Shown: positions 5,862-10,028 of the stretch, one piece after another
Position numbering within the stretch: position 1 is the first letter of the stretch
Layout of the letters: every line of letters starts with the position of its first letter
Assembly (NCBI GenBank): GCA_013378385.1
Contig: JACAFS010000037.1
Coordinates: 1-10,028, forward strand
DNA from: Nitrososphaerota archaeon
GTDB lineage: Archaea > Thermoproteota > Nitrososphaeria > Nitrososphaerales > UBA57
Reading direction: 5' to 3'
DNA length: 10,028 bases
Made by a program: the position numbers and the translations under genes
Notes under the pieces: model-generated
Database searches by the model: none
What the model saw: only the letters and a program-made list of their open reading frames with translations
Told to the model about the DNA's origin: nothing

Positions 5862-7106
5862 CTAGATTTTAGTGATACTTACTTTATCAGCAGTATTATT
5901 CTCAACTTCATCCACAACAAATAACAACCCGCTTGTTTCTATTTTGTCTCCCTTTTTTGGAATATCCTTTAAGAAATCATGAAGTATTCCATTCACATTT
6001 GAAAAGTCATATTTTCCACTTTTCTTGAAATCCATCTTGAAATACTTCTCTATTTCCTCGATCTTCGTTTCGCCAGTGGCTATTATTGTATTGTGATCCG
6101 CGCGTTTTATCGTAGGAAACACATTCTCACTTTCATCTATTATTTCACCGACAATCTCTTCAACCAAGTCTTCTAGAGTTAACAATCCCTCAACACCTTC
6201 GAATTCATCCAATACTATTGCCATGTGAACCCTCTTTGATTGCAGTTCTCTGAGTAAATCTCCTACTATTTCTCTTTGAGATACAAATATTGGTTTTCTT
6301 GATATTCGTAACACTCCTTCTTCTCCCCTGCCTTTCTTTTGCTCAATGAGCATCTGTTTCAAATGGACAATTCCTACTACATTATCCTTGGATTCGTTTA
6401 TGAGTGGCGCTCTAGTATATCCGCTATCTATCATTTCTGTTATGGATTGATTGACGTCCATTCTTGAATCTAGAACAAACATCTTTTTCCTCGGAATCAT
6501 TACCTCTCTAGCAGTAGTATCTCCAGATTTCAATACACCTCTGATGTATTCTTTTTCATGTTTTTCAATAATATTTTCTTGTTCCCCTACATCCAATATT
6601 GTTTTTATCTCGTCTTCTGTTAATGTGGGGTTTACATCTTTACTTGAATCCCCTAGTAGGAAATCTGACAATTTCATTAATGGTATTGTGAATGGCGATA
6701 ATATCTTCACGATAATCTCTATCGGTCTCGAAATAACTAATGAAAATCTTTCATTGTTAACGGTGGAATATGATTTTGGAATTATCTCTCCAAAAATCAA
6801 TATTGTCAAAGTCATAAACCCTGTAGCTATTCCCAGTCCATTTGATCCAAATTCTTCAATCGCTATGCTTGTCGCTAATGATGCAGCACTGATATTTACA
6901 AGATTATTCCAAATTAATATGGTCGTAATCAATTTTTTTGGCTCTTGTTTTAATCTAAATAACGATCCAGAACCTCTCTTTTTTTGTTCATAAAGTGTTT
7001 TTACTTTAATCTTGTTTAATGAAACTAACGCAGTTTCACTTCCTGATGAAATTGCTGATAAAATAACTAAAACAACTAATACTGTTAAACTAACAAAGTC
7101 TACCAA
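5862..7106 (-). CDS. CNNM/CorC-HlyC family transporter (DUF21 membrane domain + CBS pair + CorC_HlyC domain), putative Mg2+/Co2+ efflux
   Basis: SAISSGSETAL and FGEIIPK mark the DUF21 domain. The CBS pair includes TAREVMIPRKKM and HMAIVLDEFEGVEGLLTLEDLVEEIVGEIIDE. The C-terminal transporter-associated domain ends ADKVSITKI. TTG start at 7106; no in-frame ATG before the conserved region. Confidence 0.9.
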   Translation of the reverse strand: MVDFVSLTVLVVLVILSAISSGSETALVSLNKIKVKTLYEQKKRGSGSLFRLKQEPKKLITTILIWNNLVNISAASLATSIAIEEFGSNGLGIATGFMTLTILIFGEIIPKSYSTVNNERFSLVISRPIEIIVKILSPFTIPLMKLSDFLLGDSSKDVNPTLTEDEIKTILDVGEQENIIEKHEKEYIRGVLKSGDTTAREVMIPRKKMFVLDSRMDVNQSITEMIDSGYTRAPLINESKDNVVGIVHLKQMLIEQKKGRGEEGVLRISRKPIFVSQREIVGDLLRELQSKRVHMAIVLDEFEGVEGLLTLEDLVEEIVGEIIDESENVFPTIKRADHNTIIATGETKIEEIEKYFKMDFKKSGKYDFSNVNGILHDFLKDIPKKGDKIETSGLLFVVDEVENNTADKVSITKI

Positions 7107-7160
7107 ATTTTTATTACAATCTTTATCTTTTTTGCTTGAATATATCTTTTTGTTAAAACA

Positions 7161-7167
7161 TTAATAA
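7161..7167 (+). promoter_or_regulatory. Candidate TATA box for the RidA-cofE pair
   Basis: ttaataa is centred about 25-27 nt upstream of the ATG at 7189, consistent with a leaderless transcript. It sits in the 82-nt divergent region shared with the CNNM gene. Confidence 0.3.
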
Positions 7168-7188
7168 CACAACTGCTTAAAATCACTC

Positions 7189-7641
7189 ATGATTGAGGAA
7201 AAGTTAGTTTCACTTGGGCTTACACTCCCAGGAGTTCCAAAACCCGCAGGCTCATATATTCCGTCACTTAGAATAAATGACCTTGTTTTCATTTCTGGAC
7301 AGGTTCCTTTTATTGATGGCAATCTTCTTACAGGAAAATTGGGTTCTGACATATCCGTGGAAGAAGGTTATGATCGTGCAAAAGTCTGTGCCTTGAACGC
7401 TTTGAGTGTGATTAAAGCAGAAATTGGATCTTTGGATAATGTTAAGCGGATTGTTAAAGTTTCTGGATATGTTAACTGTGTCGATACTTTCGTAGACCAT
7501 CCCAAAGTAATCAATGGAGCATCTGATTTGTTTGGTAAACTATTCGGAGAAGCCGGACAACATACAAGAATTGCAATTGGCAGTAACTCTCTCCCAATGG
7601 ATTCTTCCGTCGAATTGGATGTTATATTTCAAGTTGAATAG
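7189..7641 (+). CDS. RidA/YjgF/L-PSP family protein (reactive intermediate/imine deaminase family)
   Basis: 150 aa. LGLTLPGVPKPAGSYIPS...LVFISGQVP at the N-terminus, VKVSGYVN, and C-terminal HTRIAIGSNSLPMDSSVELDVIF. This includes the Arg equivalent to the catalytic Arg of RidA. Confidence 0.88.
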   Translation: MIEEKLVSLGLTLPGVPKPAGSYIPSLRINDLVFISGQVPFIDGNLLTGKLGSDISVEEGYDRAKVCALNALSVIKAEIGSLDNVKRIVKVSGYVNCVDTFVDHPKVINGASDLFGKLFGEAGQHTRIAIGSNSLPMDSSVELDVIFQVE

Positions 7642-7657
7642 ATGAAAAGTTAGAACC

Positions 7658-8434
7658 TTGAATCAAATTAAATTATTGCCTATTAAAGTTCCAAGACAGG
7701 ATACAAAATTCAGCCTGCTTGATTTGATTTCCAAATCACTTGAAAGCAATTCCACCGAGTTAAAAGACGGAGATATACTTTGCATTTCTAGTAAATTTGT
7801 TGCATTGTCTGAAGGCCGATACGTTAAACTCTCTGATGTAGACGTAAGTTCTTACGCAACTGAAATAGCTGAAAAATATAATATCGACCCTCGTTTATCT
7901 GAGTTGATAGTTCAAGAATCTGATAAAATCTTCTATGGCTTTGATGGATTTGTCCTAACTTTCAAAGACGGCATTCTGGTCCCTAATGCGGGAATTGATA
8001 CGTCTAATATAATGCCCGGCTATGCAATTCTATATCCAGAAGATTCCTTTCAATCCGCAAAAATTCTAAAGTCTGAAATTAAAAAATTATTCAACACTGA
8101 AAATGCAATTATTATTACTGATAGTAGGTTGATGCCTACTCGTATTGGCACTACCGGCGTGGCTATTGCCTCTTCTGGAGTAAAACCCATTGAAGACGAA
8201 CGTGGAAAAACTGATCTTTTTGGCAATTCTATTCGTGTTACTCAAAAAGCTATTGCCGACGATTTGAGCTCGGCAGCTCAATTGCTCATGGGTGAATGTG
8301 ACGAATCTGTTCCTATAGTGATTATACGCGATAGCAACCTGCTAGTCTCTGATAATGATCAATCTAGTCAGACATTCTCTGTTGGGTTTGACGAATGTAT
8401 ATTTATCAAGGGACTTTCTAATTCTAAAATCTAA
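7658..8434 (+). CDS. cofE: Coenzyme F420-0:L-glutamate ligase (CofE)
   Basis: CofE hallmarks: ISSKFVALSEGR, NAGIDTSN, IITDSRLMPTRIGTTGVAIASSG, ERGKTDLFGN...VTQKAIADDLSSAAQLLMGE, PIVIIRD. TTG start at 7658 (alternative TTG at 7676); no usable ATG. The gene begins 16 nt after the RidA stop, so it is probably co-transcribed. Confidence 0.85.
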   Translation: MNQIKLLPIKVPRQDTKFSLLDLISKSLESNSTELKDGDILCISSKFVALSEGRYVKLSDVDVSSYATEIAEKYNIDPRLSELIVQESDKIFYGFDGFVLTFKDGILVPNAGIDTSNIMPGYAILYPEDSFQSAKILKSEIKKLFNTENAIIITDSRLMPTRIGTTGVAIASSGVKPIEDERGKTDLFGNSIRVTQKAIADDLSSAAQLLMGECDESVPIVIIRDSNLLVSDNDQSSQTFSVGFDECIFIKGLSNSKI

Positions 8435-8435
8435 T

Positions 8436-8597
8436 TTATTTCTTAATTATTTCTGTCTTAAATTCTCTTTTTGAAAATGCACTATTACAACTTCTACATT
8501 TTCCACTATTTGATTTGATAACATCGTTAACATATCTTAATTCCATTCCTTGATATATCATATGTCCACAATTATCACAAATTACTTCAAAAGTCAA
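8436..8597 (-). CDS. Small zinc-ribbon protein, 53 aa (CxxC-x23-CxxC), not in the supplied ORF track
   Basis: Hand translation of the minus strand gives (M/L)TFEVICDNCGHMIYQGMELRYVNDVIKSNSGKCRSCNSAFSKREFKTEIIKK*. A TTG at 8597-8595 immediately follows an in-frame TAA. TAA stop at 8438-8436. The ORF fills the otherwise empty 187-nt gap and begins 24 nt downstream of the HAD gene on the same strand. Confidence 0.5.
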   Translation of the reverse strand: MTFEVICDNCGHMIYQGMELRYVNDVIKSNSGKCRSCNSAFSKREFKTEIIKK

Positions 8598-8621
8598 TTA
8601 TAGTATACTGGTGTAAATTTA

Positions 8622-9242
8622 CTAATAAAACTTTTTTATCATGTCCGGAATCATGTCAAATGACGTTGCTTGATATTTTGCATCTACTTCATTGAATTGT
8701 TCTGCCGTTGAACCTTTGTCCACTAATGCAATAAATTCTGTACCCGAATTCATCGCTGTTTTATAATCTCTTACTGTATCTCCAATGTAAACACATTCTT
8801 CTGGTTTAACTGATAATTTCTTACATGCCAAGTGCATCGGTTCTGGATCTGGCTTCTGTTTCACGGTTTGTTCTGGAGTTATCAACACTGCGAAATAATC
8901 ATTCAATTCTCCTAATACTTCAATTGCATTTGCCTTTCTTTTTGACGTCACAATTCCCATTGGCAAGTCTATCTTCTCTAAAGTCTCTTTAACATGAGGC
9001 AATGTGGGTAAATTCTCATGAGTCTTTACTACCACTTCATTATAAATTGGCCTTGCATCCTTATTGTCTCCAAATAGTAAGGGCAAATTCAAATGTGAAG
9101 GCTGACCTAATAGGCCTCTTAGAACTTCTATATCAGGAGGTTCTACTCCCAGCTTAATTGCCACTTGTGTATATGTCTGAAATATTGCATTGTTGGAATC
9201 TATTATCGTCCCATCTAGATCAAATAATACAGCTTTTAACAT
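8622..9242 (-). CDS. HAD-superfamily (subfamily IA) phosphatase, phosphoglycolate phosphatase/PpaX-like
   Basis: Motif I LFDLDGTIIDS, motif II GIVTSK, motif III KPDPEP, motif IV GDTVRD. I start it at the ATG at 9242-9240 (MLKAVLFDLDGT), not the TTG at 9344 in the ORF track. The 34 extra residues are unconserved-looking and would overlap the uS10 start. Confidence 0.88.
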   Translation of the reverse strand: MLKAVLFDLDGTIIDSNNAIFQTYTQVAIKLGVEPPDIEVLRGLLGQPSHLNLPLLFGDNKDARPIYNEVVVKTHENLPTLPHVKETLEKIDLPMGIVTSKRKANAIEVLGELNDYFAVLITPEQTVKQKPDPEPMHLACKKLSVKPEECVYIGDTVRDYKTAMNSGTEFIALVDKGSTAEQFNEVDAKYQATSFDMIPDMIKKFY

Positions 9243-9328
9243 TGAGCTATAGATTTTTTCATTTGTATTTGTTCTTTTCGCACAAATGTAAAATTCAAAT
9301 ACCCGAACATACAATATAATAAAGAAAT

Positions 9329-9643
9329 ATGGCTCAAACCGCAAGGATCAAATTAACAAGCAGTAACCTTCCTAACCTACAGGTCGTTTGCAAGGAGATC
9401 AAAGACATTACCGACCGTACTGGCATCAAAGCACGAGGTCCACAGCCACTTCCTACAAAAAAACTCAAAATTACCACTCGAAAGGCCCCGTCTGGAAACG
9501 GCACTAGCACTTTCGATAGATGGCAGCTACGTATCCACAGGCGCCTGATTGACCTGGATGCCGACGACCGAACCATGAGACAGCTCATGCGACTCAAAGT
9601 TCCTGAAGACGTATTCATCGAAGTCAATCTTTCAAGTAAATAG
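9329..9643 (+). CDS. rps10: 30S ribosomal protein uS10 (archaeal S10)
   Basis: 104 aa. ARIKLTSSN...GPQPLPTKKL...RLIDLDADDRTMRQLMRLKVPEDVFIEV matches the archaeal S10 pattern. ATG start. GC-richer than its neighbours. Confidence 0.95.
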   Translation: MAQTARIKLTSSNLPNLQVVCKEIKDITDRTGIKARGPQPLPTKKLKITTRKAPSGNGTSTFDRWQLRIHRRLIDLDADDRTMRQLMRLKVPEDVFIEVNLSSK

Positions 9644-9656
9644 TTGACGCCGTCAA
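9644..9656. terminator. Palindromic hairpin in the 15-nt gap between convergent rps10 and the HTH gene
   Basis: ttgac-gcc-gtcaa forms a 5-bp stem with a 3-nt loop and is followed by attt. It lies between the stop codons at 9641-9643 (+) and 9659-9661 (-). Confidence 0.4.
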
Positions 9657-9658
9657 AT

Positions 9659-10012
9659 TTAATTTGAGACTATCTTCAAGATATTCTCGGAATTCTCCAT
9701 GATTATTCCTTTACGTCTTTGTTTTCCAGCCTCCTGTTTATCATCAACAAGACGCTCTGCAAGACTTTTTATTATTTTCATTACTTGTTTGTTTTTCAGG
9801 AACTCATCAGAGAATATCGCATCATTTCTTTTTTCATTTGTGTATTTTGTTATTAGAGCAGGCGTTACTCCTAAAATCTTTGAAACGTCCGTTTTTGTAA
9901 CTTTATGCTTATCGAATAATTCCTTTGCCAATAAACATCGCACCGATGGTAAAATTTTGTATTGAACTGCTTTTACGTTCTGTAAAGGTTGTATGGGGTC
10001 TGCTTCACACAT
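9659..10012 (-). CDS. Small helix-turn-helix transcriptional regulator (archaeal COG2522-like)
   Basis: 117 aa. ILPSVRCLLAKELFDKHKVTKTDVSKILGVTPALITKYTNEKRN resembles the N-terminal HTH of small archaeal predicted regulators that start MCE... and carry an ..SQYL..KRG-type segment. This match is from memory and is not verified. Confidence 0.55.
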   Translation of the reverse strand: MCEADPIQPLQNVKAVQYKILPSVRCLLAKELFDKHKVTKTDVSKILGVTPALITKYTNEKRNDAIFSDEFLKNKQVMKIIKSLAERLVDDKQEAGKQRRKGIIMENSENILKIVSN

Positions 10013-10028
10013 TACGCATAACTGTGAA

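Noticed and set aside
6451-6993. 180-aa ORF antisense to the CNNM transporter, which is long for an AT-rich sequence
   Set aside because: Its Ser/Ile/Phe/Asn-rich, motif-free translation is what is expected from the complement of a Glu/Lys/Ile/Leu-rich gene. The opposite strand carries unambiguous DUF21-CBS-CorC_HlyC homology across the whole interval.
9243-9344. N-terminal extension of the HAD gene to the TTG at 9344, as listed in the ORF track
   Set aside because: HAD motif I (DLDGT) normally lies within about 10 residues of the N-terminus. The ATG at 9242 gives exactly that. The extension would overlap the rps10 start and consume the divergent promoter region.
9334-9965. ORFs 9334-9627 (-) and 9699-9965 (+), antisense to rps10 and the HTH gene
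   Set aside because: These are shadow frames of confidently assigned genes and carry no motifs.

Overview
This AT-rich window (about 33-36% GC outside a few richer genes, from hand counts on sampled lines) looks like core archaeal chromosome. The most likely source is a Thaumarchaeota/TACK-type organism. The evidence is an archaeal uS10, an F420 ligase (CofE), TATA-like boxes about 27 nt upstream of start codons, and a tRNA with non-canonical introns. The taxonomic call is an inference. Gene content from left to right: the 3' tail of an AAA+/McrB-like gene; a four-gene HAAT-family (Liv-type) ABC importer operon livH-livM-livG-livF on the + strand; its substrate-binding protein encoded convergently on the - strand; a tRNA(CAU) gene; a DedA/YqaA-like membrane protein; a CNNM/CorC (DUF21-CBS-CorC_HlyC) transporter; a RidA-family protein followed by CofE; a HAD-IA phosphatase; ribosomal protein uS10; and a small HTH regulator. 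I see no CRISPR array, transposase, integrase or obvious defence/novel multi-gene system inside the window. The most interesting items lie outside the ORF track. (1) The tRNA gene is split by three short introns (13, 21 and 13 nt at positions 8/9, 30/31 and 59/60), each with a bulge-helix-bulge fold that can be derived by hand. (2) An unlisted 53-codon CxxC...CxxC zinc-ribbon ORF fills the CofE/HAD gap. (3) A GC-rich tandem 18-bp repeat sits upstream of the liv operon. (4) GC content falls stepwise across the liv genes. Three to five genes need TTG or GTG starts.
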